DNA of 64,000 bases from Camelus dromedarius. Its lineage: Eukaryota. How positions within the stretch are numbered: position 1 is the stretch's first letter; each line of letters opens with the position of its first letter. Of the stretch, positions 18,250 through 29,860 are shown one piece after another. The DNA is taken from the NCBI RefSeq assembly GCF_036321535.1, contig NC_087439.1, positions 81,902,001 to 81,966,000 on the forward strand, written 5' to 3'. The notes below the pieces were generated by a model. That model saw only the letters and a list, made by a program, of their open reading frames with translations. It did not search any database and was not told the DNA's origin. The position numbers were made by a program, and so were the translations under genes.

Positions 18250-18470
18250 ACTATGAGTGGAGTAGTTAAGATTGTGGACTCTGCAGCCAGATTGCCTGGG
18301 TTCCACAGCCTGCTTTCCCATTTACCATGTACGTGACCTTGTAAAAGTCATTCGATCTCCTTGTCTGTTTCTTCATCTATGAAACAGAGACTGTAGAACT
18401 TGCTTCATAAGGAGGTGGAGAATAAATGAGTTAATACACGTTACCTGCTTATGGTAGGGCTTCACAATGA
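18250..18470 (+). mobile_element. MIR SINE
   Basis: Contains gtagttaagattgtggactctgcagccagattgcctgggttcc...tgaccttgtaaaagtcattcgatctcc...tttcttcatctatgaaac. Confidence 0.7.
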
Positions 18471-19158
18471 TAGGATTTGCAGGAATATTAGTTCATACTG
18501 TGTTTTACTTGTTGTTCACACCTTTACCTAATAGATATTTTGGAGCAGCTAGGTGCTGGGCTGTAATGGGTTGTTTGGAATATAAACATGAATAAGATGT
18601 GATGCCTGTTGTTGAGAAAGGTTAAGTGTAAAGAAGGGGACGTGTATAAATGACAATAACAATGTAACATTTTCTGCAAATGGCATTTGAAGAAAGCACC
18701 CTGGGACTGCAAAGAAAGGGCACTTGTTTCTGCCTTGGGGAGTGTTTTTTGGAGCTCTGCCACTTAATAACTTGTGTCCCTCCTCTCTCTACAGCATCAT
18801 CCCCAGAGGAGCCACACTCTGACAGGTGAGTGCAGGCCACCCTTTGAAGACAAATGTCCAAACCCTGTCTTGTTCTGGGGCCAGTGTCACCACCATGGTT
18901 AGGGCAACACTGCAGCTTCTGCAGGCACAGACTCCAGCATAGTGAATGCACTGATAACAAGTTTGGTTCCAGGTTCTTACATAGATGTTTGCATGCCTGC
19001 TCCTTTCAGGGCAGAGGGTTGGGAGCGCTGGGCTTTGCTTCCTAGGACCAGGACAGCCTCCCTTTGGGAGGTGGGGTTGTCCCTTCCTTAGACTAAAGAT
19101 CTCATTGGCTTTCTCAGAGGGATTTGAGTGCCTAGCAAGCTGGTGTCTGAGGCCTCCA

Positions 19159-19338
19159 NNNNNNNNNNNNNNNNNNNNNNNNNNNNNNNNNNNNNNNNNN
19201 NNNNNNNNNNNNNNNNNNNNNNNNNNNNNNNNNNNNNNNNNNNNNNNNNNNNNNNNNNNNNNNNNNNNNNNNNNNNNNNNNNNNNNNNNNNNNNNNNNNN
19301 NNNNNNNNNNNNNNNNNNNNNNNNNNNNNNNNNNNNNN
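19159..19338. other. Assembly gap (180 N) hiding RETREG2 exon 4
   Basis: Exon 3 ends in phase 2 and exon 5 starts in phase 0. The expected exon (EGAGSGARPHLL...) is not in the visible flanks. Confidence 0.88.
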
Positions 19339-22300
19339 AACATTTCTCTACACTGTGGAGAAATAGAGGTGGGGGGAAGGGGAGGAACAGTGTGAACTCC
19401 CTGGCTGGAGGCTGAAGATGAGGCCTGGTGCCTTCCTGAGGCAATGTTTACAGCTAGTAGCCTGGTACAGGAGATAGAATATGCTTCTGATGTTCTGACA
19501 CTGTTTCTTGCCAAGGCAGACAAGTTTAAATTTTAGGTGTTTGGCAGTGTCTGTTGCAGACTTCCTGAATTGATGGTCTTGGGCATCCTGTTGACTAAAC
19601 TGGAGCACCACATTCCTGGAGGGCATACCCCTCCTTCCACCAATTGATCAGCAATATTTCTTACCCAGATGAGCAGGGTGCCTACCTCAGCCTACAGTTC
19701 CTCTTAGACCCTGTGCTTTTCTCTGCAGTTCTGTGCTCGCGTCTGCTCTAGCTGTGCTGTGTTGGCTGTGCTGGGACACTATGTTCCGGGGATTATGATT
19801 TCCTACATTGTCTGTGAGTAGGGTCTGACCCCTGCCCTTTCGAAAGTCCTCTCTTTGTCTTCTTTCCCTGGACTGACTCAAGAGGAGGATCATACATTCT
19901 CTTGTTCAGTTAGCCATTTATAGAGATCTTTAGGGGCTGCTGTAGTATTAGTAACAGTGGAAGAGTCATCTAGGGAGGAAGGCAGTGGATGTGGGAAGAG
20001 GTTGGCACAGTCTCAGGAAAGGACTTAGTCTTCCTTTAGGCTTTTCTATGTAGGCATCAGTTGAATGAGGGTCCTTGGGAAATAGGCATAGGGAGCTCTG
20101 AGTGGATTTTCTAACCCCCAGTGCTGAGTATCCTGCTGTGGCCCCTGGTGGTTTATCATGAGCTGATCCAAAGGATGTACACTCGCTTGGAGCCCCTGCT
20201 CATGCAGCTGGACTACAGCATGAAGGCAGAAGCTGATGCCCTGCATCACAAACACGACAAGAGGAGTAAGGGGATCCCATGACCCAGGAGAGGACAGGGG
20301 TGGAGAGTGGGGGAGGACTTGGCTTGTGAAATTCCCTGGAATTTAGATGCTCTCCAGACCCTTGGCCATGTTGTCCCCACCACTGTCCCTGCTTGGTCAC
20401 TGCCCTGCTCTTCTTGCTTCTCTAGAGCGGCAGGGGAAGAATGCACCCTCTGGAGGTGATGAGCCACTGGCGGAGACAGAGAGTGAGAGTGAAGCAGAAC
20501 TGGCTGGCTTCTCCCCTGTGGTGAGGTCCAAGGGAGATGGGGGATCAAGTAGAAGGCTGGGGGAGAATTGCCCTGCTTTAGAGCAGCCACCTCTTAAGGG
20601 AGTGGGAGTCATTGGTGGGGGCAGAGATGCTCCTGGAAAATGGGCTCTCTTATCCCCTCACCTGTTGTGTTCATCCTGGTTTTCCTGCAGGTGGATGTGA
20701 AGAAAACAGCCCTGGCTTTGGCCATTACAGACTCAGAGCTGTCAGATGAAGAGGCTTCTATCTTGGAAAGTGGTGGCTTCTCTGTATCCCGGGCAACAAC
20801 TCCACAACTAACTGATGTATCAGAGGGTATGGGCAACCCTTGGTCCCTTCCAGTCTTCCTGTTCCCTGTTGTGGGATGCTGGCTGTGCTCTCTGGTGGTT
20901 GCCCCCATAAATGTTTTCTCTGGGGACCTGACCCTCTAACTCTGCTCCAAGCTCTTGAAAGGTCTGGTCCAGCATTCCATGTCCTGACTTCTCATCCTTG
21001 AACTGATTGGCCTGCTGCAGCTACTCAGAACTGCAGGCCCATTCCTGGCTCTTTGTTTTCTGCACAGATTTGGACCAGCAGAGCCTGCCAAGTGAGCCAG
21101 AGGAGGCCCTGAGTCGGGAGCTGGGTGAGGGAGAGGAGACAGAGCTGGCCCCTCCCGAAGACTTGCTGGGCCCCCCTCAGGCCCTCTCAAGGCAAGACCT
21201 GGACTTGGAGGAGGAAGATGTGGCATCCAAGGAAACCTTGCTTCGGCTCTCATCCCCCCTTCACTTTGTGAACACGCACTTCAATGGGGCAGGGTCTCCC
21301 ACAGATGGAGTGATGCTTTCCTCTGGAGGACCAGTGGAGACATTGAGCCCGGAGTCAGGGAGTGGTGACCTCACTGCTCTACCCAGCACCCTGTCACCCC
21401 TACTTTGCCTTGCTGAAAGTGACCCAGTCCCCTCCCCATCAGTACTCCCATCTCTTCCTCAGGACTCACCCCAGCCCCTGCCTGCACCTGAGGAAGAAGA
21501 GGCACTTACCACTGAGGACTTCGAGTTGCTGGATCAGGGGGAGCTGGAACAGCTGAATGCAGAGCTGGGGTTAGGGCCAGAGACATCCCCAGAGCCCCCT
21601 GATGCTCCACCCCCTCCACCCCTAGGGCCCAATACCCTGTCTCTGGTACAGTCAGACCAAGAGGCTCAGGCCATGGCAGAGCCATGAGCCATGGGGGAAG
21701 GAGTTGCAGGCACAGTAGGGCTTCCTGGCCAGGGATGTCACTGTTCCCTCCTTTCCCTACTACTGTGGGGAGGAGCAATACGTGGGGAAGCTGGCTGTCT
21801 GACCATAGCCAGTTCACCCTCTGCCTGCCTGCCTGCCTGCCTGCTGCCGCCCCGGGCCTGGTACAGTACCTGGGATTGGTTTTAAGTCTGTAAATAATTT
21901 TACATTTGGGTTAGTGGATGTGAACAGGGCTAGGGGAGTCCTTCTCATTTGCCTCCCTGCCTCATCTCTAGTCTCATTCCACTATGCCCCAAGCCCTTGT
22001 GGTTTTCCCCTTCTTTTTCCTTCTATCCTCAGGGACCTGTGCTGCTCTGTCCTCATGTCCCACTTGGTTGTTTAGTTCAGGCACTTTATCATTTTTTCTC
22101 TCCTATCTCATGCTCCACTCTGCTTTATTTCCCTGCTGTGTCCTGTCCTTAGTAGCTGAATCCCTACTCTGCCAGCTCCTCCTTCCCAGCAGGCCCCAGC
22201 TAAGCTTTAGGGAGGCTCCTGTCTGGGAGGTACAGATGAAACCTGGGGTGGTGGGTCAGGTCAGTAGTCATGCATTTAGGTCACTGCAGCCCATGTAATT

Positions 22301-22755
22301 TCCACACACCCTTGCCCTAGTTCATCCTGGCCTTTAATGATACAGGATGAGAGAAAGGATCCCACAGCACATGCGCCAGCACTACATTAGTGAGCAGGAG
22401 CTTTGTCTTGTGGGGTGAGGGGCTTTCTTATCCTAGGGAGGAATGAAGAGACCTGCTTCTCTGGGCTATGGTCCAAGTGTGGTGGGACCCCCTACCAGGG
22501 TTGAGAAGTGGACAGTAACATCTGTGCAGGTGTTGACTGGGAAAATAAAGTTGATGGGCTAGAACTGCTGCTGCCTACCTGCCTCACTGTGAGCTGTCTC
22601 CACACTCTGTGCTCTGCCCTTACCTCCTTGTCCCCAGTGTTGCTCCTGGCTGTTGATGTACCTTACCAGAAGCAAAGATTACCCTGCCGGCCTTAACCTG
22701 CCCTTAGCCATGGTATCTGACAGTGTGATAGTCTTAGTGAGATTTAGTATGTACA

Positions 22756-22761
22756 AATAAA
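22756..22761 (+). terminator. RETREG2: RETREG2 poly(A) signal (others at 22544-22549 and 22983-22988)
   Basis: AATAAA with an upstream TGTA and a downstream GT-rich element. Confidence 0.65.
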
Positions 22762-24569
22762 GTGTATGCAGGAGGAAATTGCTTTGGCTTCCCGATCAGT
22801 AGAAATTTGGGACCATAACAATTGTTTTCTACAGTGTCGCCCACAATCTTAACACTGTTGTAAGTCCTTACGCATCCGTGTGCTAACAATTAACTACCTT
22901 AGTCTATATATATATATATATACTCAGGAACCAAACAAGCAGGACCTATACTTGTATCAAAACTGATTCCAGGCTAAGGAGCAATAAAGAAATAGATGTC
23001 TTAACACTAATTGAATGCAGGATATGTGATTGGCACTCCTCTAGGTGATTTATAATAACTCATTCCTCACAACCCTGAGAGAGAGTGTTATTAACTATTT
23101 TTACAATCAGGTTAACTTTCCCAAGGTCATGGTCTTAGTACCTGGTGGAGCCAGGATCCAAACCGAAGCATTTTGGCTCCAGCAGTTGCCCTGGGGCAGG
23201 AAGCCCTGTCCATTAATGGCACAAAAAGGAAGATGCTCAAGGACGTGTGAATTACAGAGAACCAATCTCTTATCTCAGCTTCACAGAATAGTCTCTTAAC
23301 AATCCTTGCTCTCTGGGGAAGAACAGCATTAGAGGAAAGCTCAGAAATGGGCAGATGGCCTTTTTTATGAGTTCATGTCCTTGGCCTTCAGCTGGAGATG
23401 ACCACATGGCAAAACGCTACCTGACTTTCTGAGGTTGAGTTCTGTGTCACATCTCCCCTAGGTGTGAGAACTCTTCCCTTTCCATTTGTTTCACATTTGC
23501 CTTTCAGGGTTTCAAAGGCCCTGTCTTGTGCCAGTGAAGGAGCATGATCTTGTAATCATCTAGAAATTTCAGAAAAAAATGGAAAGACAGTTCTAATCAA
23601 CAAACAAGCAATTCAAGAAAAGTAGAATTAATGAGAAAGATAGTGGCTACCATATGCCCCACCTTTAATTGTTTTCCTTGTTAAACTTTCAGTTTGAAGT
23701 TAGAGCCAGAAGCCTGTATTTGGCTCAGAACATTCACCATAGGTTTGGAGTTTGATGAGAGTCCATTCTTAACACTCTTCCTGGTCTGATGGTTGCTATA
23801 TGTTTGTCTATGATTTTTCATTATCAGGTGTCCTGGCCGTTTCCTGCCCCATGATGAAAGAGACCAGAGGAAAGCTTTTCTTATGAGTGAAAGAAAAATG
23901 AGCAAAAATGAGCAGAAACCTACAATTAGGCTAAACAAAAAATCAGAAGTACAGAGGAACAGGCTGGGGGAAACAAGTTGGTTACATGTTTATGTTTGGT
24001 GGGGGAGGGCAGTCCACTTTAGTTAACTATGCATTCAATCAGTAATAATGTAATGCTGCTGCTCGTAAACTTGATTTTAGGCTGCATTACTGGAAAGAAG
24101 ATAATACCTAGAGTATACTGTGCACAAGTTAAAATTCTGCCAAAGGATGACTCGCTATGCTTGTGGACAAGTTGACAAATTGCGGTGCCCAGGAGAGGGT
24201 CACCAGAGATGAAGGCTGCAAATTGTCATTATATGGGGAATATGGGGAACTGTAGAGGAACAGAGAATGTTTAAGCCAAGATGGGAAAGCTGAATTGAGT
24301 CACATTAGCTTGTCTTCAAACTTTGAAGGGTTATCTGTAGGCCTTCAGAGGGCAGAAATGAAATCTTTGAGAAGAGTTTGAAGAGTAATAGTGTAGGCAG
24401 AATTTGTTTCTTTTGGTTGAGGAATATTGCAAAACAGATACAAATGATTTCAACATACAAAGATCAAGGACAGTAAGACTTTTCTATCATGCAAGGACAA
24501 TATATCACCATATTGTTTTGCTTTTAGTGTCCAACTAAAGTCTCTTGGACATCCTCCTCCTGCTTCCTT

Positions 24570-25160
24570 AAATGTTGGTTTTCCTCCTGCTTCCTTAAAT
24601 GTTGGTTTTCCATTGGGTCTGTCACCGGCTCACTTTTTCTTCTCACTCTGCCTGGGCAATTTCATGTGTTTACCCATCTAGTTTCCACTCATATGCTGAT
24701 GACTCCTAAATCTTAGCTCCTTTCCCAGAACTTCCAACTAGGCACCTCCACTTGAATGTCCCATGGGTGCCTTCTGCTCAACATACCAAAAACAACATAG
24801 CCTCTCTCCACTCTGCATTCCACCCCCAACTCCCCTTAACAGATAGACTTTTTCTGTATTTTCTATCTTGTTTGTTGTCACCACCAACTCTGAAAGCCTA
24901 TTTCTCCCTCATCCCACACCTAGTCAATTCATAGTTGCTGCTAGTTTGATGTCCTAATTATTTCTTGATTCACCTCCATTACAGCCCTGATTCTGTCACA
25001 GCCTCCTCATCTCTCACCTGGCCCACTGCAACAGTTTCCCTGCCCACACACTTGTCCCCCGCTGAAACTCATGCCCAACAAAGTGGCTAAATTATTTAAA
25101 AATAAGAATCGGATGACCTTTCTGCTATTTAATATTAATCAAAGGTCTCCTCCTACCAGA
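24570..25160 (+). mobile_element. L2 LINE fragment
   Basis: Contains ...ctcatatgctgatgactcctaaatc...cacctccacttgaatgtcccat... (L2 ORF2/3' region). Confidence 0.55.
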
Positions 25161-25414
25161 AGAAGGTATGGTTAAGAAGCCTCCTGAGATCTGCTCTTTC
25201 GCTGTCTTGCTCTTCGCGCTACAGCATCAGACCCCAACAGCCTGTCCTTCCCTCTGCTAAACTGCACTGCCCTCCTTCACCCCTGCTCCCTCAGTACACT
25301 CCTATTTGTGCTGTTTTTCCACATGTCCTATGGGATCTTCATATATAAGTACAGTATGTGGAGTATATAGGTATATGTGTATTTGGATGGATAGCTTTCA
25401 CTATACTGCTTTTT

Positions 25415-25500
25415 CTTTTTTTAAATTGAAGTATAGTTGATTTGTAATATTATATTCATGCGTACAGCATGTGATTCAGTATTCTTACAGTACACTGCTT
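25415..25500 (-). mobile_element. L1 3' end fragment (cetartiodactyl-type)
   Basis: tttttttaaattgaagtatagttgatttgtaatattatatt...tacagcatgtgattcagtatt is the reverse complement of an L1 3' terminus. Confidence 0.65.
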
Positions 25501-26119
25501 ATTTTTGAGAGTTGGGACTATGTCTTAATTGACCAAATATTCCCAGAGCCTAGCACAGTGCCTGGCACAGAGTGGATGCTCAATAAATGTATGTTAGACT
25601 AAACTGAACTTGTATACCAGACTAACCAGTCCTAACTTTTGAAGCAGCCAATTTAAATAGATTTTGGTGATTGGTATCTATCTGTTGACAGTAAATTTCT
25701 TGCCTTTGTTTGTTACTGTTCTAGAATGGATGGTGGCTAAATTGAAATAATCTGCAGATAGACTTGGGAGCATTTTGTTCCTGAACTAGGTTAAAGGCAA
25801 TGAAAATGATCTAGATTTGGAGGTTCATATTTGCTGGTTTTGGAACTAAAAACTTTACTGAGTTTAAGATAAGAGTGTCTTGATCTTCTGCGATTGCATC
25901 AAAGTATCCTATATTATTTCAAAAACAATTTTTATCAAATGATTTAGAGTTAACTAAATATTTTGATGAAAAGTCCAATTACATGTATCAGTGCTTGCTT
26001 GAAAACAGTGTGATTCTGCAGAAATGAAATAAGGTTTTAAAAAGTCTGGTTTTTTTTTTTCTTTTTAAGTATAAAAAGTGAGTTGATTCCACCTCAAAAC
26101 TATCAATTTTATAAAAGAT

Positions 26120-26880
26120 AATGAAAAGCTGAGGAACTATTCAAGATTTAAAAAGAGACCAAAGAGATGGGCTGTAAGGAGTAAGGTATAAAAAGAGTAA
26201 ATGTAAGGTATGATCTTGGATTGGATCCTAGTTGAGGGAAAAAAGTTACTATTGTGACAAATTTGAATATGGATTGTATATTAAATTTAAAAATTGTTTC
26301 AAGATCAAATTTCTTGAATTTGATCATTTCACCTTGGTTATGTAAGAGAATATCCTTATTTTTAGGACACATTCTGAGGATTTTAGAAGTGAAAGGCTAT
26401 GTTCTCTGCAAAGTATATCAAATAATTTGGAAATATAAATAATTAAATAAGAACAAGTATGTGAATATATGATGTGCGTGTGGAGAGAGATAGAGAGAAT
26501 GATAAAGCAAATGTGGCCAAATGGGAAAAAATACATATGATAAATATAACACATAGAAGTTTACTATTCAATGGTAAATACACTGTAGTATATTCAGACT
26601 GCTAAGTAAAATGGCTGAGGGTGAATCTCAATAAACAAAATATTGAGCAAAAGGAACTAAATGCCAAAGGATAAATGATGTATGATTCCATTTATATAAA
26701 GTGCATTTATATTGTTAGCAGTCAAGAGAGTGGCTACTCTTGGGGATGAGGGAGCAGTGACTGGAAGGATCTCCTAGGGATTGTTTTGTTTCTTGATCTG
26801 GGTGCTGGTTATGTGGGAGTGTCCAATTTGTAAATATTCTGCACACATTTCTGTACTTGTGTTATACATAAATAACAAGT
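26120..26880 (+). mobile_element. Old L1 (L1MC/L1ME-type) 3' UTR fragments
   Basis: Contains gatcttggattggatcct...gtaagagaatatcctt... and gtatgattccatttatataaag...ttcttgatctgggtgctggtta. Confidence 0.55.
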
Positions 26881-26889
26881 GTCAGTACC

Positions 26890-27450
26890 AAAGTGCATTG
26901 ATTATCTGTTTCTGCATAACAAATTACTCCAAAACTTAGCAGCCTAAAACACTCACACTATTTCTGAGGATCAGGACTCTGGGATCAGCTTAGCTGGGTG
27001 GTTCTGGTTCAAAGTCTCCATGAGTTTGTATCAGCCAAGGCAGGCTGCTGTCATCTGAAGGCTTGACTGGGGCCAGAGAATCTACTTCCAAGATAGCACT
27101 CTCATGCAGCACTTAGCTAGAAGTCTCAATTCCTCACTTGCTGTTGATAAGAGGCCTCTGTTCCTCATCACACTAACCTCTCCTTATGGCTGCTTGAGTG
27201 TCATCACAACATGACAGCTTCCTTCCCTAGAGCAAGTGATCCAAGAGAGAGCAAGAAGAAAGTCACAATGCTTTTTATGACCTAGTGTGAAAAGTCACAC
27301 TATCACTTCCACCGTATTCTATATATTAGAAACAAGTTGTGCTGTACACCAGAAATTGATACATTATAATTGACTGTACTTCAATTAAAAAAAAAAAAAG
27401 AATCTCTGCCCCCCAAAAGAAACAAGTTGCTGAGTCCAGCCCATGCTCTT
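26890..27450. mobile_element. ERVL-MaLR solo LTR (MLT1F-like), interrupted by a mini L1
   Basis: Contains gcataacaaattactccaaaacttagcagc...tgtcatctgaaggcttgactgggg...agagcaagtgatccaagagag...cacttccaccgtattct. Confidence 0.65.
27340..27417 (+). mobile_element. Severely 5'-truncated L1 insertion with 12-bp TSD
   Basis: tgctgtacaccagaaatt... matches the L1 end at ~29253. It has a poly(A) tail and TSD agaaacaagttg at 27328-27339 and 27418-27429. Confidence 0.8.
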
Positions 27451-27488
27451 TAAGGAAGAAAAGAAAAATCTTATGGATGCATTTAAAA

Positions 27489-27621
27489 TTTTTTTTTTTA
27501 TTTTGGCAGGGTAGGGGAGGTAATTAGGCTTATTTATTTTTAGAAGAGGTACAGGGGATTGAACCCAGGACCTCATGCATGCTAAGCATGTACTCTACCA
27601 CTTGAGCTATACCTTCCCTCC
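27489..27621 (-). mobile_element. tRNA-derived SINE (camelid Vic-1-like)
   Basis: A box tagctcaagtgg, B box gttcaatccc and an A-rich tail. TSD tatggatg(c/t)attt(t)aaaa at 27472-27488 and 27622-27639. Confidence 0.88.
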
Positions 27622-28401
27622 TATGGATGTATTTTAAAACCACTACACTAAGTTTATCTGGAAATTATGTTAAAGAATTTGGACTGGCAATCTATACATT
27701 ATAAAAAATAAAGACAATGTATCAACACATGGGAAATGAACAATTTTACTAATAACAATATACACAGTTAAACAACAAATACTATGCATTTGTTCAATTA
27801 TTTAGTATATGTCAGTCAGATCTAAGTGCTTTACATGTATCCTTTTTGTAATCTTCACTATCACCCTTTGATGTAAGAACCCATCCTCCCTATTTTACAA
27901 ATGATGAAACTGAGGCTTAGTGAGGTAAAATGGCTTGCTCAAAGTTACAAAGCTGGTTGTGATTACAGTACTGTTTTTCATTATTCTGTTATTCTCACAT
28001 ATCTTCATATCTTAAAGTACCCAAATAGAATTTTAGTTGAGGAAAAAACGTTCTTTCAACATTGGAAAGAGAAATCTGAATTCTGAATCATTTATAAATG
28101 AGGTATAGCCACATTAAAATTCTGAACACACAAAGGTTCATTTATTTATAAAGCATTGTTGCCTTCTACAGACTTCAAGAGGAGGAACAAAACTGTCAAA
28201 TGGACAAACTTCTATTACAAGAGTAAATTTTTTCTTAGAATAATAATTACAAGAATAAAACAAAAGACACTGTTTAAAGTGCTTTTGAATAAGTAGAATT
28301 AGAAATAGGACAATATTAAAATTAGTATAGATCCCTTACATCAAAATCTCAATCTAGATTAAAAGAAATTAAAGATGGGTACAAATCAGAAATTTTCCAC
28401 T

Positions 28402-28583
28402 GGGTAGTGGGAGAGCATAGCTCAAGCGGTAGAGTGCATGCTTAGTATGCATGAGGTCCTGGGTTCAATTCCCAGTACCTCCTCTAAAAATAAATAAACC
28501 GAATTACCTCCCCACACACACATGCCAAAAACAAACAAACAATAAAGTAAAAATAAAATAAAATAAAATGCTGGCTTTAAAAA
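28402..28583 (+). mobile_element. tRNA-derived SINE (Vic-1-like)
   Basis: catagctcaagcggtagag...ggttcaattccc with an (AAAAT)n tail. TSD agaaattttcca at 28388-28399 and 28584-28595. Confidence 0.88.
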
Positions 28584-28975
28584 AGAAATTTTCCATTTGA
28601 AACAAAAACTAGAGCTTCCTAGAAATTAAAAGAAAAAAAAACATATCCACCTAGAGAAACAAAAATATTTGTTCAAAAAGATCTCAAAGTTATCAAATAA
28701 GAGATTATTTGAACAAGAAATGAGTCAGGAAACTATATTTGAAGTTAGATTTATAGCCATCTCCTCACAGTCTTTTGAGTAGTACAACTCCAGAAAGAGC
28801 TTTTTCAAGCAGCTAGAAAAACTGGCACCAAAAATACATTTACAACAATGACATCTTAATATACTTCTTTGAGAGATCACTGTTTTTAAAAAGAACAAAT
28901 AATTTTATTTTCCATTACTTATAATTACATTTTACTTTTATAGATGTTTAGTTTTTTACTTTAAAATAATATTTT

Positions 28976-29320
28976 CACTTCTATGTGAAATCTAAAACAA
29001 TTACACAAAGGAACATATTTACAAAATAGAAACAGACTCACAGACATAGAAAACAAACTTACGATTACTGAGGGGAAAGTGGGGAGTGGAGGGATAAATT
29101 GCGAGTTTGGGATTTGCAGATACTAACTACCACATATGAAACAGATAAACAACAAGGTCCTACTGTACAGCACAGGGAACTACATTCAATACCATGTAAT
29201 AGCCTATAATGGAAAAGAATATGAAAAGAAATATATATGTAACTGAATCACTATGCTGTACACCAGAAATTAAAACATTGTGAACCAACAATATTTCAAT
29301 AAAAATAATAAAATAAAAAT
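28976..29320 (+). mobile_element. 5'-truncated L1 3' end with TSD
   Basis: acagactcacagacatagaaaacaaactta...cctactgtacagcacagggaactacattcaata...tgctgtacaccagaaatt. TSD aaataatatttt at 28964-28975 and 29321-29332. Confidence 0.85.
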
Positions 29321-29639
29321 AAATAATATTTTATTAATTTTATATGCTAACAATTTATACTAAAATAATAATGTTTATTTAACATTCATATTTTTTTAAA
29401 CTTACATTTTTACATTTAGTTGTGTGTGTATATATGTGTTTCTTTCAACGATATTAAGAAATTTTACTTTTAAAATGTTGAACATTTGGCTTTAAAAATA
29501 AATTATTATTTCTGTAAAATAAATACTGAAATACCAGTGAAGTCCTTTTGCTCTGATCTGTCAGCCTCTAACAGCAAATGTGATTGGCACTGTGATCTGA
29601 ACTCACTCAAAAGAGCTGCAGTTTTACATTTCATCTAAA

Positions 29640-29860
29640 TTAGGGTTTCTCCACTATCGACTATATGTGCTATTGACATTTTGAGCCAGATAATTCTGTT
29701 GGTAGTAATAGGGGCTGTTCTGTTCATTTTCAGATGTTTAGCAGGATCCTTGGCCTCTGCCCCTTAGATGCCAGTAGTACCTTCCCCCCTACAATCCCCC
29801 TCTCCCATAAATGTCCCCTGGAGGCAAAATTGCCCCCCAGTTGAGAACCGTTGATCTAAA
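29640..29860. mobile_element. MER20-like DNA transposon
   Basis: Contains gacattttgagccagataattctgtt...aaatgtcccctggaggcaaaattgccccccagttgagaacc. Confidence 0.7.

Noticed and set aside
18789-19523. Long ORFs crossing N runs (also at 8505-9081, 14008-14359, 52490-52822)
   Set aside because: These are artefacts of X codons masking stops.
27489-27621. tRNA-like sequences with A and B boxes (also 28402, 33111, 34487)
   Set aside because: They have A-rich tails and TSDs and lack a complete acceptor stem, so they are SINEs rather than tRNA genes.
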